Shown in pieces: positions 9,161 to 18,085 of a stretch of DNA of 31,178 nt; position 1 is the stretch's first letter; the number at the start of each line of letters is the position of its first letter. Both the position numbers and the translations under genes were made by a program. The notes under the pieces are model-generated. The model worked only from the letters and a program-made list of their open reading frames with translations. It was not told the origin of the DNA and searched no databases. This DNA is from Pseudomonadota bacterium. GTDB taxonomy: Bacteria > Bdellovibrionota > FAC87 > UBA2466. The DNA is taken from assembly GCA_043718025.1 (NCBI GenBank), contig JAYSWN010000093.1:1-31178 (forward strand), given 5' to 3'.

Positions 9161-10468
9161 TTAGCAGGGTAGCGTACTTAACGCACGCTTATTTGGCCGC
9201 TCTTCTTTGCTGTCGAAGTGGCGCCGCTGGGGCCCACCGCTAGCCCCGTGAAAGCGTCCCCGTCCTGGCTTTGCGCCCTTTCGCGAGTTAAAGCCGTTGC
9301 GATTTTGACCAGCCGCGCCAGGCTTACCGTTAGCCGGACGCTGAGCGTGATTGTGTTGAGCCCCGGCCCCTTGCGGTTTATTGGGCGTGCGCTTCATCAT
9401 CGCTACGGCCGTATCGTTCGGATTTTCATCGGCTAAAAAGCTAAGCGCCAACCCACTCTTGCCGGCCCGTCCGGTGCGGCCAATGCGATGAATGTAATCT
9501 TCTCGCGTCGCCGGCATATCGTAATTGATTACGGTTTCAATGTCGGTGATGTCGATGCCACGACCGGCTAAATCAGTGGCCACTAAAATTGGATGGGTTC
9601 CGGTGCGAAAACCCTGCAAGGCGCGTTTTCGTTGGCCTTGAGTTTTTCCACCGTGTAACACGTCTACTCGATGCCCTTTGATCTGCAGTAGCCGGCCGAG
9701 ACGTTCGCTGCGCGACTTGGTGCGGGCGAAAATTAAAATTTTACCTGAACGTTGCGAAAGCTCTTTTAACAACAGCGCATTCTTCTCACCCTGGGTGGTG
9801 CGAATCGTCTCCTCTTTGACATTCTCTGCCGATTTTTCAACCGCATCGATGGCCACGCGCACCGGATTTTTCATCATGCGATCGACTAGCGACATTAGCT
9901 CTTTCGCCATCGTCGCCGAGAATAGAAGCGTTTGCCGTTCTTTCGGTAGCTTGCGGATGATGTTTTCAATTTGCGGAAGAAAGCCCATGTCGAGCATGCG
10001 ATCGGCCTCGTCCAAAATCAGAAAACGAACGTTCTGCAATCTTACCGTACGTTGTTCGATATGGTCGTTCAGTCGACCAGGCGTAGCGACGATAAAATCT
10101 AACTTGCCGCCGAGCTCTTGCTTTTGGCGGCCGAATGACTCGCCCCCAACCACGAGCGAGCCAAAAAGGTTGGACCCGCGGCTAAGATCTTTAAACACTT
10201 TGTAAATCTGCGCCGACAGTTCGCGCGTAGGAGAGAGCACCAGGGCTTGGTGGTTAGGCTTGGAGAAAAGCGACGCTAAAACCGGAATGCCGAAAGCGGC
10301 AGTTTTTCCAGTGCCGGTTTGGGCCGTGCCCAGAATGTCTTTACCAAGTAGAGCCATGGGAATGGCCTCTTTTTGGATCGGGGTTGGTGTTTCAAAACCC
10401 ATTTCAGCAATGGCTTGCGAGAGTTTTCCGGGCAAAACGAGATCAGTATATTTTTCAAAAACAGACAC
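9161..10468 (-). CDS. DEAD-box RNA helicase with basic disordered tail
   Basis: Q motif TPIQ, AQTGTGKT, PTREL, TPGRL, DEAD, SAT, HRIGRTGRAG; GTG start with AAGGA SD. Confidence 0.97.
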   Translation of the reverse strand: MSVFEKYTDLVLPGKLSQAIAEMGFETPTPIQKEAIPMALLGKDILGTAQTGTGKTAAFGIPVLASLFSKPNHQALVLSPTRELSAQIYKVFKDLSRGSNLFGSLVVGGESFGRQKQELGGKLDFIVATPGRLNDHIEQRTVRLQNVRFLILDEADRMLDMGFLPQIENIIRKLPKERQTLLFSATMAKELMSLVDRMMKNPVRVAIDAVEKSAENVKEETIRTTQGEKNALLLKELSQRSGKILIFARTKSRSERLGRLLQIKGHRVDVLHGGKTQGQRKRALQGFRTGTHPILVATDLAGRGIDITDIETVINYDMPATREDYIHRIGRTGRAGKSGLALSFLADENPNDTAVAMMKRTPNKPQGAGAQHNHAQRPANGKPGAAGQNRNGFNSRKGAKPGRGRFHGASGGPQRRHFDSKEERPNKRALSTLPC

Positions 10469-10540
10469 TTAAATTTCCTTATTGAGGGCCAATTCCTCAA
10501 TCGGAAACAGGCGCCACCAGCAATTCGTTTTTTTACACCT

Positions 10541-10582
10541 TAAAAAGGGAAAGGGGTAAGTCCGGTTAGGGAACTTACCCCT
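10541..10582 (-). terminator. Probable intrinsic terminator or attenuator after the RRM gene, upstream of the helicase
   Basis: Perfect 10-bp stem AGGGGTAAGT (10552-10561) / ACTTACCCCT (10573-10582), followed on the minus strand by TTCCCTTTTT. Confidence 0.7.
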
Positions 10583-10627
10583 CGCAACGTAACCAAAAAC
10601 GATTAGGTGACGTTTTTTTTAAATTAT

Positions 10628-11038
10628 TTAGTAACGGCCACCGCCGCCACCGCTGCGTCCGCCGCCGCTACGGCCGCCACCGCCGCCACCACCGCCGCCA
10701 CCACCGCCGCCGAAGCCACCACGGCCTCCGCTGCTACGGCCACCGCCGCCACCGCCACCGCCAAATCCACCGCCGCCACCAGAGCGAGGCTCTTGGGGAC
10801 GGGCTTCATTAACGGTAAGGGCACGGCCTTCCATTTCTTTGCCGTTCATTTCGGCAATGGCTTTTTCGGCCTCTTCGTCAGAGCCGAATTCCACAAAGCC
10901 GAAGCCTTTGGAACGACCGGTATCGCGATCCGTAATCAAACGAGTCGATTCTACGTTTCCGTAAGGGGAGAACCAGTCCATCAGAGTTCCCTCTGTGACT
11001 GAGTAAGGTAGATTACCTACGTATAGTTTTTTTCCCAT
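10628..11038 (-). CDS. RRM RNA-binding protein with Gly-rich tail (136 aa)
   Basis: RNP2 LYVGNL and RNP1 KGFGFVEF; AGGAGG SD before ATG 11038, so the true start is downstream of the tracked 11188; tail of GGC/GGT repeats. Confidence 0.96.
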   Translation of the reverse strand: MGKKLYVGNLPYSVTEGTLMDWFSPYGNVESTRLITDRDTGRSKGFGFVEFGSDEEAEKAIAEMNGKEMEGRALTVNEARPQEPRSGGGGGFGGGGGGGGRSSGGRGGFGGGGGGGGGGGGGRSGGGRSGGGGGRY

Positions 11039-11224
11039 GAAGTCAGACCTCCTAAAGGTACTTGGGTGCCGACAAAAGAGACGTAACATTGAACACCTGT
11101 TCAGAAGTCTTCCTTCGAATTCGACCGCGACGGTATAACCCAAAAAGCAGGCGCTGCCAACAACGCGTGTCAGGCGATAATGTTTCACAATAATTTCAAT
11201 GATTTAAGCTGGCAAGACGCGCTT

Positions 11225-14200
11225 TTACGGAGTGGGGACGATGGCGAGGTTGTCGCCCATTTCGTTGGCGTTGTCACCACGGTTTGCGGTGTCGCCCAAT
11301 CCTAACTGACCAGAGCGGTTGTCGCCCCAGCATTTAAACTTTTCGTTGGTGCCGATCGCGCAAACGTGAAAGCTTCCCGAGACGATTTCGCGCACCGTAA
11401 AACCGGCGCCCAGCGATACCAACGCCATCGAGTTGCCCATGTCGCTTGGGTACCCGCCTTTGTTTTGGGTTGAGCCAATGCCAAGCTGTCCTTTAGCATT
11501 GTCGCCCCAACATTTAACTTGGTTAGATTGGGTGCGAGCGCAAACGTGAGTATTTCCGGCCACCACTTGCGCTAAAGGGGCAGAACCTAGGTCAACTCTA
11601 GAAAAAGGATCGGCCACCCGTTGTCCGGAGGCGCGGCCATAAGCGGGAAGATCGAAACCGTACTGGCCGCCGCACAATCCAGGAATGCCGTTGCCGTTTT
11701 GGCACAGGGCTTTTCCGAAGTTTCCGGAAGAGTCATTTCGACCAATCGCTGCCAACGTGCCCGAGCCCAAAACAAAAATGCGGAAGGCCCCGCCCGAAGC
11801 AATGGATTGCACCGGTGACGCTTCATCAAGGGCAATTTCGGCAAGGTTGGTACCCATTTCGTTTGGGCCATCTCCGCGGTGTTCCCAATCGCCAGTAGCC
11901 AATTGACCAAAGAAATTATCACCAAAACATTTGGCGGCGCCGTTGGCCAGAATGGCGCAAGTGTCGCTGCCGCCCACTGAAAGTTTTACGGCGGTTGCGG
12001 CCAAATCAACGACGGGTAAATTGTTGCCCATGGTAGCGCCCGAAAGCCCTCTCGTAAGAGTGTCTCCGTACCCCAATTGCCCCTGCGCATTTAAGCCCCA
12101 GCATTTTACTTGGCCATTGTTAAGCAAAGCGCAGTTATGGGCATAACCTGCCACTAGATCGACGGCTTTAAGCGAAGTGCCAAAATCAACCGCCACCAAA
12201 GCGTCGCCCATTTCACCGGGGGCACCCCCAAGGGAAACCGCGGAACTCTTAGCGCCCAACTGACCGCCCGTATTTCCGCCAAAACACTTGGTTGAGTCGT
12301 CATCTAAGATCGCGCAAGTGTGCCAATAGCCGGTCACCACTTTTTTTGCTTTTCTGCCGGTGCCAAGTGAGATGGGCGGCAACGCCGCCACTTGCCCGGC
12401 CGAATTACCGCGCCCAACCTTATCGCCGGTGCCCAACTGCCCGACTTCATTGTTTCCGAAACAGCGTAAATCGCGATAGCGGTTTAATTCACAAGTGTGT
12501 TCGCCATTAGCCGAAAGCTGAATGGGTAAAGTACCGCCAGCTGCCAACGTACCGCTGGCGGAACGAGGGGTGCCGTTGTCATCAAACGAAACAGTTAAGG
12601 TTTGAGATACCAGTCCAGCCGCCGTGGGATCGAATCGAAAGGAGGCGGTACAGCTGGCGCCAATCGACAAGGTCGAGGGGCAAAGGCTGGAGATCAATGT
12701 GAATGGGGCCGCTACCGTCGAGAAAGTGACGGCGGAAACGTTTGAGGTTCCGGTGTTGGTCACCGTCAGTGAGACAGTGGCGCTTTGAGCCCCAACCGCC
12801 ACGTCCCCAAAGTTAATACTCCCCACCGACAACGCCCCTTCGGGGTGGCTGGTGCCAGTGACGGCGAGAGTTACCGTGGCGGTGGCCAGGTTAATACCGT
12901 TAGCGTAGGTGAAAACAAGGTTGGTCAATGGGGCAATCGACGGCAACAGAGCCGTTGGTGAAAAGCGTAACGTAAAAGTGCACGAGGCTCCCGCCGCCAG
13001 CGTAGCTGCGCAAGTTCCGGGCAAGTAGGTTAAAGGTGCCGCGGCACCCGTAGCTCCAATACTCGTGGCCTGAGCGCCGCCCGCGGCATTCCTCAAAGTA
13101 AACGAAGCGTTGGTCACGGAGTTATAAGCGGTATCGCCAAATGAATAAGACGGCCCCTGCACAATAGAAAGCACCGCCGCATTCTGCCCGTTACCGGTAA
13201 AGCTAATGGTGGCTTCGGTTTCAGGTGGGGGGCCAACCAGTGACTTGGTGTACTTTAGCGTGGCGGACCGATTTGTCGCGCCCGATGCGCTCGGGGTGAA
13301 TCGAACCTGCAATGTACAATCGCCGATAATGTCAGCTGGGCAATCTCCCCCCCCGCTGCCACCCGGATAACTGCCATTGGTAAAAGTGTAAGGCGCCGGC
13401 ATTGACGGCACATTTACGCCGTAGGCCGGGTGACTCGCGCCGCCGCCGTAGTACTTAATGGTCACCGCCAAATCACGGGTGTTACCGATCACGGTGTCGG
13501 CGAAAGGCGCGTCATTCACGACCAAGGTGGGCTCAAAGGTGCCTACTCCAGTAAAAGTGCGAGTGGCCTGCTGGGCCGCTTGGCCGTCGCTGTAGGACGC
13601 CGCCAAGACCTGCAAAAAACCACCTTCGGCCGTTGGTAAAAACCGAACCACGATTGTGCAAAAGGCCCCACCAGCCAATGCGGCGCCGCAGTTGTTGGTG
13701 AGGATGCTAAATGGGGCGGAAAGGCCCGAAAAGGCCAATGTGGTATTCACGCTGCTGCTCGCCGTATTTCGCAACGTGAAAGTTCTGTCGACGGGAAAGT
13801 TCTTAGAAACTGTTCCGTAGTCTGAAGACGGTAGAGGGTCGATGGTTACCGCCGCTAAGTCTCCGCCTTGCCCGGTCAAAGAGCCGGCATTGGAAACTAC
13901 ATTCGAGACGCCGTTAAGGTAGCTGAACTGTAACGTGCCGCTATAGCTCTGCACTAGCGGCGGGGTAAACCGAACCATTACCGTGCACGAAGCACCAGAA
14001 AAAGAGACTCCCAAGTCAGGACAAGTTCCACCGATGCCGGGGTACGGCCCCCCCACAAAAGAAAACCTAGTGGGGTCGGAAAAGGTAACGGTATTGAACT
14101 TAATGGCCGGGATTCCCGTTCTGGTAATAGTGACGGGAAGATTTGCAGAACCGCCAGCCAGCACCTTGCCGAAGTTGGCACTGCCCACCGAAACTTGAGA

Positions 14201-15394
14201 GGTCTGCCAGCCGGTGCCACTTAAGGCGCCGCCCGTCGATGACGAGGTGACACCGGCTCCGTTATTAAAACTTAGAACCACCGTCCCTGAAGTGGTAATG
14301 CCCGCTGCCGGGTGATAGCGAACCGCAATAGTGCACGACGGAGTAGAAAAAGGGACGTTCAATGCACAAGTTCCGCCGGCGCCCGGAAAGGCCCCGGCCA
14401 AAGTAAAGTCAGCGTGATTGAAGGTAGCAGAAGTGATCATGGCGGGTAGGGTTCCAGAGCGAGTTACGGTTACCGCTACATCTTGCTCGCCGTTGTAAGC
14501 CACTTGCCCAAAATTGATCGCACCCACATCGAGAGTGGAGGGGATGGGTAAAGCCGCAAACGATACGGTGGCGTCGTATATCGATTTGGCCGTGTAAGAA
14601 CCGTTGCTGTAAGTCATTTCAAAACGGCCGTTAAAGCTTCCGACCTGTGTGGCATTTTGCCTCACCACCAGTTGGCAGCTGGTGCTGACTGAACTGCCGC
14701 AGGTGGTGCTCAGAATTGAAAAGGTTCCTGACTTCACCGCGATATTCACGCCGGTGGCGGGAAAGGCGCCAAAGTACTCCACATCAAAAATTTTTTGGAA
14801 TGGCACCGCATTCACCGGTACGGTGCCTAAATTAGAAAAGGTGGCGCCGGGAGTGGCCGCCGCGTCTTTTATACGCAGGCTAACGATGTTGGCGCCCGCG
14901 CCGGAGAAGTCTACGTTCACCGCACTGGTTTCAGTGTAGGAGGTGTAGCCGAGGTTGAGTCTTCCGCTAAAGTTGGCAATCGCATCAGGGCTAAAGCATA
15001 AAACCAGCGTGCAATCGGCTTTTCCTGCAATCGTGTCTTGGCAAGTTCCGCCGGTACCGGGAGATTTTGGCGCGACTCCGGGCGTGGTGCAAAAACCAAA
15101 AGCTGAACTGCCGGTAAAGCTTGCGGCCACGTTGGTGGCGTCTCCGATTGCGGTATTGCGCACCAACACGGTAATCGGCACCAGCGCATTCACCGGCTGA
15201 AGCCCATAGACCCAACGGGTTACCGAGGCTTGCAGCACCGCACGATTGACCGTGTTGTACTTGTGCTTCTCTTCCGCAGCCTTGCCATCGGGATCTTTTG
15301 CAGAGAAGAAATTCTGCACCTTGCAGCCAGAGGTCAGCGCCAAAAGCGCCAGCACCATAAATTTTCTTGCGCCGAATTGTCGCACGGTAGCCAC
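11225..15394 (-). CDS. Large surface lipoprotein: about 8 Ig-like (choice-of-anchor D/ASH-like) repeats plus C-terminal RCC1-like beta-propeller
   Basis: Lipobox LTSGC; recurring FG.V...PG.GGTC...C...V.F.P...L.Y.NG units; RCC1 repeats HxCA...KCWGxNxxGQLG with (E/D/T)MG(D/N/T) inserts. Confidence 0.85.
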   Translation of the reverse strand: MATVRQFGARKFMVLALLALTSGCKVQNFFSAKDPDGKAAEEKHKYNTVNRAVLQASVTRWVYGLQPVNALVPITVLVRNTAIGDATNVAASFTGSSAFGFCTTPGVAPKSPGTGGTCQDTIAGKADCTLVLCFSPDAIANFSGRLNLGYTSYTETSAVNVDFSGAGANIVSLRIKDAAATPGATFSNLGTVPVNAVPFQKIFDVEYFGAFPATGVNIAVKSGTFSILSTTCGSSVSTSCQLVVRQNATQVGSFNGRFEMTYSNGSYTAKSIYDATVSFAALPIPSTLDVGAINFGQVAYNGEQDVAVTVTRSGTLPAMITSATFNHADFTLAGAFPGAGGTCALNVPFSTPSCTIAVRYHPAAGITTSGTVVLSFNNGAGVTSSSTGGALSGTGWQTSQVSVGSANFGKVLAGGSANLPVTITRTGIPAIKFNTVTFSDPTRFSFVGGPYPGIGGTCPDLGVSFSGASCTVMVRFTPPLVQSYSGTLQFSYLNGVSNVVSNAGSLTGQGGDLAAVTIDPLPSSDYGTVSKNFPVDRTFTLRNTASSSVNTTLAFSGLSAPFSILTNNCGAALAGGAFCTIVVRFLPTAEGGFLQVLAASYSDGQAAQQATRTFTGVGTFEPTLVVNDAPFADTVIGNTRDLAVTIKYYGGGASHPAYGVNVPSMPAPYTFTNGSYPGGSGGGDCPADIIGDCTLQVRFTPSASGATNRSATLKYTKSLVGPPPETEATISFTGNGQNAAVLSIVQGPSYSFGDTAYNSVTNASFTLRNAAGGAQATSIGATGAAAPLTYLPGTCAATLAAGASCTFTLRFSPTALLPSIAPLTNLVFTYANGINLATATVTLAVTGTSHPEGALSVGSINFGDVAVGAQSATVSLTVTNTGTSNVSAVTFSTVAAPFTLISSLCPSTLSIGASCTASFRFDPTAAGLVSQTLTVSFDDNGTPRSASGTLAAGGTLPIQLSANGEHTCELNRYRDLRCFGNNEVGQLGTGDKVGRGNSAGQVAALPPISLGTGRKAKKVVTGYWHTCAILDDDSTKCFGGNTGGQLGAKSSAVSLGGAPGEMGDALVAVDFGTSLKAVDLVAGYAHNCALLNNGQVKCWGLNAQGQLGYGDTLTRGLSGATMGNNLPVVDLAATAVKLSVGGSDTCAILANGAAKCFGDNFFGQLATGDWEHRGDGPNEMGTNLAEIALDEASPVQSIASGGAFRIFVLGSGTLAAIGRNDSSGNFGKALCQNGNGIPGLCGGQYGFDLPAYGRASGQRVADPFSRVDLGSAPLAQVVAGNTHVCARTQSNQVKCWGDNAKGQLGIGSTQNKGGYPSDMGNSMALVSLGAGFTVREIVSGSFHVCAIGTNEKFKCWGDNRSGQLGLGDTANRGDNANEMGDNLAIVPTP

Positions 15395-15662
15395 CTACGT
15401 TCGGAAGTGGGCTTGAGATCAGCAATATGAGCGGGAGCACCCAACTATTTATAATGCAAGGCGGGCCAAGTTTTGGTTTGAGCCGAACAAGAGTGAGACA
15501 ACTGACTAAAACTTCAACACGAATTTTCAAAAATCAGTTCAAACGTATGATTTTATTAAGAATAAAGCAAAAACGCACAACAAGTATACGCTGGCCAGGG
15601 GGTGGTCAAATTGAAAAAAGCAACCCCCCCCATTTGATGGGAAAGCTCAACAAATCAAGCGA

Positions 15663-16673
15663 TTATCGCTCACAAAGGTAGAGCTTTTCGGCGCTTCCGG
15701 GCAAGCGGTGGAGCCTGGTGCCGGTACCCTTATCGCCCTTTCTCCAATGGATAAGGTAGCTACCCTGGCTACCAAAGATCGAGCGTTGAGCCATCCACAG
15801 CGTGTCCCCTTGGCACCGTAGGCTATCCACAAGATCGTTGGTGGCAGCCTGATAGTGCGGCGTGGGCCCTTTGCCCGCCGCGAACGATTCCACGAACGAG
15901 GTCACCGGAACGGTGTAAGGCGGGGTGGGAAGATCGCGCGCCGCCAAAACACCCTCGCCAGATTCGCAAAAGTCGAAAAAAAGGCCGCGTTGCCCCCAAC
16001 GGAATTCCTTTTTTAGCAGCCCGTCGGCGGCATAGTGGTTGACCATCGGCGAATTAGAAAACCCCAAGGCCGATGAAGAAAAGCCCACCCAAACGTCATT
16101 AGTTTTACTATTCACGAGCATTCGCGGATTGGTCCAAATCACGCTGGCGGTGGTGACCGGCACCTCTTTTTGTACCTTTAGATCACCGTCAAAAGACTTC
16201 ATCCAGATGCGGTTCCGTTTTGATTCAAAGAAAAGCGCCCACCTATTTTCAGCGCCTTGAAAGTTGAGCAGATGCTCGCTCTCGGCCACTTCATGCGAAG
16301 CGGCCACTTCGCCATCAAGGTTTCGTTGTTCTAGTTTTGAATTGGCCTCGTTTAAAAAAAGGAACTGGTCGGCAGAAACCGACGACACCAACCTACCTTG
16401 CGCTTCAACGCGCAGCGCCGGACTAAGCCGATCTGGCTCAAAGCGAAGAAGGGCATTCTGGGTCGGGTCGCTTACCCAAAGCTGGCAGCTCTTAGCATCA
16501 AAGGCGTGGCTCAATGGCGCGATATCTTTTTTAATCAATATTTTTTCAGAGTCCCAAAACGCCAAATAGTCTTTTCCGACCACCCACCCGGTGCCCGGCG
16601 CGGCGAACACGTTGTGACTCACCGCGCCCATCAATACCGTCGATAAAACTAGTACTTCCAGAAAAGATCTCAC
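15663..16673 (-). CDS. Secreted hypothetical protein, possibly a beta-propeller
   Basis: Signal peptide ending VFA; repeated beta-rich segments LWVSD, IWMK, VWVG, LWMA. Confidence 0.6.
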   Translation of the reverse strand: MRSFLEVLVLSTVLMGAVSHNVFAAPGTGWVVGKDYLAFWDSEKILIKKDIAPLSHAFDAKSCQLWVSDPTQNALLRFEPDRLSPALRVEAQGRLVSSVSADQFLFLNEANSKLEQRNLDGEVAASHEVAESEHLLNFQGAENRWALFFESKRNRIWMKSFDGDLKVQKEVPVTTASVIWTNPRMLVNSKTNDVWVGFSSSALGFSNSPMVNHYAADGLLKKEFRWGQRGLFFDFCESGEGVLAARDLPTPPYTVPVTSFVESFAAGKGPTPHYQAATNDLVDSLRCQGDTLWMAQRSIFGSQGSYLIHWRKGDKGTGTRLHRLPGSAEKLYLCER

Positions 16674-16830
16674 CTTTGAACCTCGCCTTAAATTGAATTT
16701 ACGAGAGCGTAATACCCATCGTCGTGATCACCAAGCCATCCTGCGAAATGAAATCAGTGACCACAAAAGTAACCGGTGGCGAGCGCACTGCACCGAGAAG
16801 TATTGGCGCCAAGACGTTAAGATAGCCCCA

Positions 16831-18084
16831 GTGAAAACCAAACAATTTGCCAAAGGGCAGCTCCTGTTCAAAGAAGGCGATTCGAGCGCGACGGTTTTTC
16901 GGCTCGTTTCTGGAAAAGCCGTCGCCATTAAGCGCACGGCAACGGGCGAAAAGGTGGTGGGCCATGTGTCGGCCGGTGAATTTATCGGAGAGATGGGCGT
17001 GCTAACCGCGTCCCGACGAAATGCTTCGACCCGCTTTGAAGAAGATTCGGTTGTTGAGTCTTTTACCCGCAGCGAGTTCGTCCAATTGATTCGCCATGAC
17101 CCCAACCTTGGACTTAAGCTTTTGCATGCACTCAGCCTGCGCACGCGCGCTCAGTTGGCGTTGCTTAACGATGCCCCCGCGGTTGCCGCAACCACGCCGC
17201 TAACCTGGCCCCAAAAGGTCGAGCACGCGCTGGAATGGATTAATGAGTTTCTACGTGCCCGCTGGAAAACCCTTCCCCTACTCCATAAAACGCCCCACGT
17301 TTTTTCAGCCGCCTCGTTTCCCCGGCGAGTTTTCACGAAGGGTGCCGTCTTGTTTCACGAGGGAGAAATTAGCGATCAAGTGTTTTGGATTGATAAGGGG
17401 AGGGTCGGCATTTCGCGCGAGAACAGAAATGGGTTGTTGCCGCAGATGGGCCTGATTCGGAAAGCTGAATTTTTAGGCGAAATGGGCGTACTAGAGTCAG
17501 TTCCCCGCAGCGCCACCGCTCGGGCCGCCAGCGAGGTAACCGTTTGCCTAATCACGCCCAACGAATTTTTCGAATTGTTGCGTAGCTCGCCCGCCGCCTT
17601 TTTTTCGGTGTTGGATGCACTGTGTGAACGCGCCCGCCGTCTGCAAAAGCTTACCCACCGAGCCTACGCCACCCAGCAGTTGTTGGATGGCACGAGTGAA
17701 AATGTTTTCCAAGTGGCCTCCAGTATCGACAGCATGTCGCAGTTGGCTGAACAGCGTTTTTTGGTTGAGGCCGGAAAGATGCGTCAGTTTCTGTCAACGC
17801 AAGTCGATCGCGGAAACTTTATGAAAGAGGTTTACCAGCGACATTTAAAAGGCAAGGCGACCGCTGAAGAGATGGAGAAAGCCAACGTCTACCTGCGCGA
17901 CTATTTGAAGATGGCGGGGTTGGGCACACTCTTTTTGCTTCCCGGCGGCATGGTCACTATTCCGCTCGCCGCAAAAATCGGCAAGGCGATGGGAGTCGAT
18001 ATTTTTCCCAGCGGCGATGAAGAAGAAAAACTGAAGGGGCCCGCTCCTCAATTAAGAGAGAGCGGGCCTCCCATTAAGACATAG
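16831..18084 (+). CDS. Tandem cyclic-nucleotide-binding domain protein with C-terminal LETM1-like membrane segment
   Basis: Two cNMP domains (LFKEGD..GEFIGEMGVL..RRNAS; LFHEGE..EFLGEMGVL..PRSAT); no CRP HTH; tail EEMEKANVYLRDYLKMAGLGTLFLLPGGMVTIPL. Start placed at GTG 16831, where the domain begins (uncertain; the track gives 16693). Confidence 0.8.
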   Translation: MKTKQFAKGQLLFKEGDSSATVFRLVSGKAVAIKRTATGEKVVGHVSAGEFIGEMGVLTASRRNASTRFEEDSVVESFTRSEFVQLIRHDPNLGLKLLHALSLRTRAQLALLNDAPAVAATTPLTWPQKVEHALEWINEFLRARWKTLPLLHKTPHVFSAASFPRRVFTKGAVLFHEGEISDQVFWIDKGRVGISRENRNGLLPQMGLIRKAEFLGEMGVLESVPRSATARAASEVTVCLITPNEFFELLRSSPAAFFSVLDALCERARRLQKLTHRAYATQQLLDGTSENVFQVASSIDSMSQLAEQRFLVEAGKMRQFLSTQVDRGNFMKEVYQRHLKGKATAEEMEKANVYLRDYLKMAGLGTLFLLPGGMVTIPLAAKIGKAMGVDIFPSGDEEEKLKGPAPQLRESGPPIKT

Positions 18085-18085
18085 T

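Noticed and set aside
10607..11002. Ala/Thr-rich 131-aa ORF (+) and Ala/Val-rich 66-aa ORF (-)
   Set aside because: Antisense and alternate frames of the Gly-rich RRM tail.
11039..11188. Long N-terminal extensions in the ORF track (also the starts at 16693, 21870, 27006 and 28765)
   Set aside because: Domain boundaries, SD sites or signal peptides favour the downstream starts, and the extensions cover promoter DNA or a neighbouring gene.
15575..15650. G/C-run hairpins upstream of the giant lipoprotein as a possible c-di-GMP riboswitch
   Set aside because: The conserved GEMM motifs could not be placed on either strand, and the pairing is weak.
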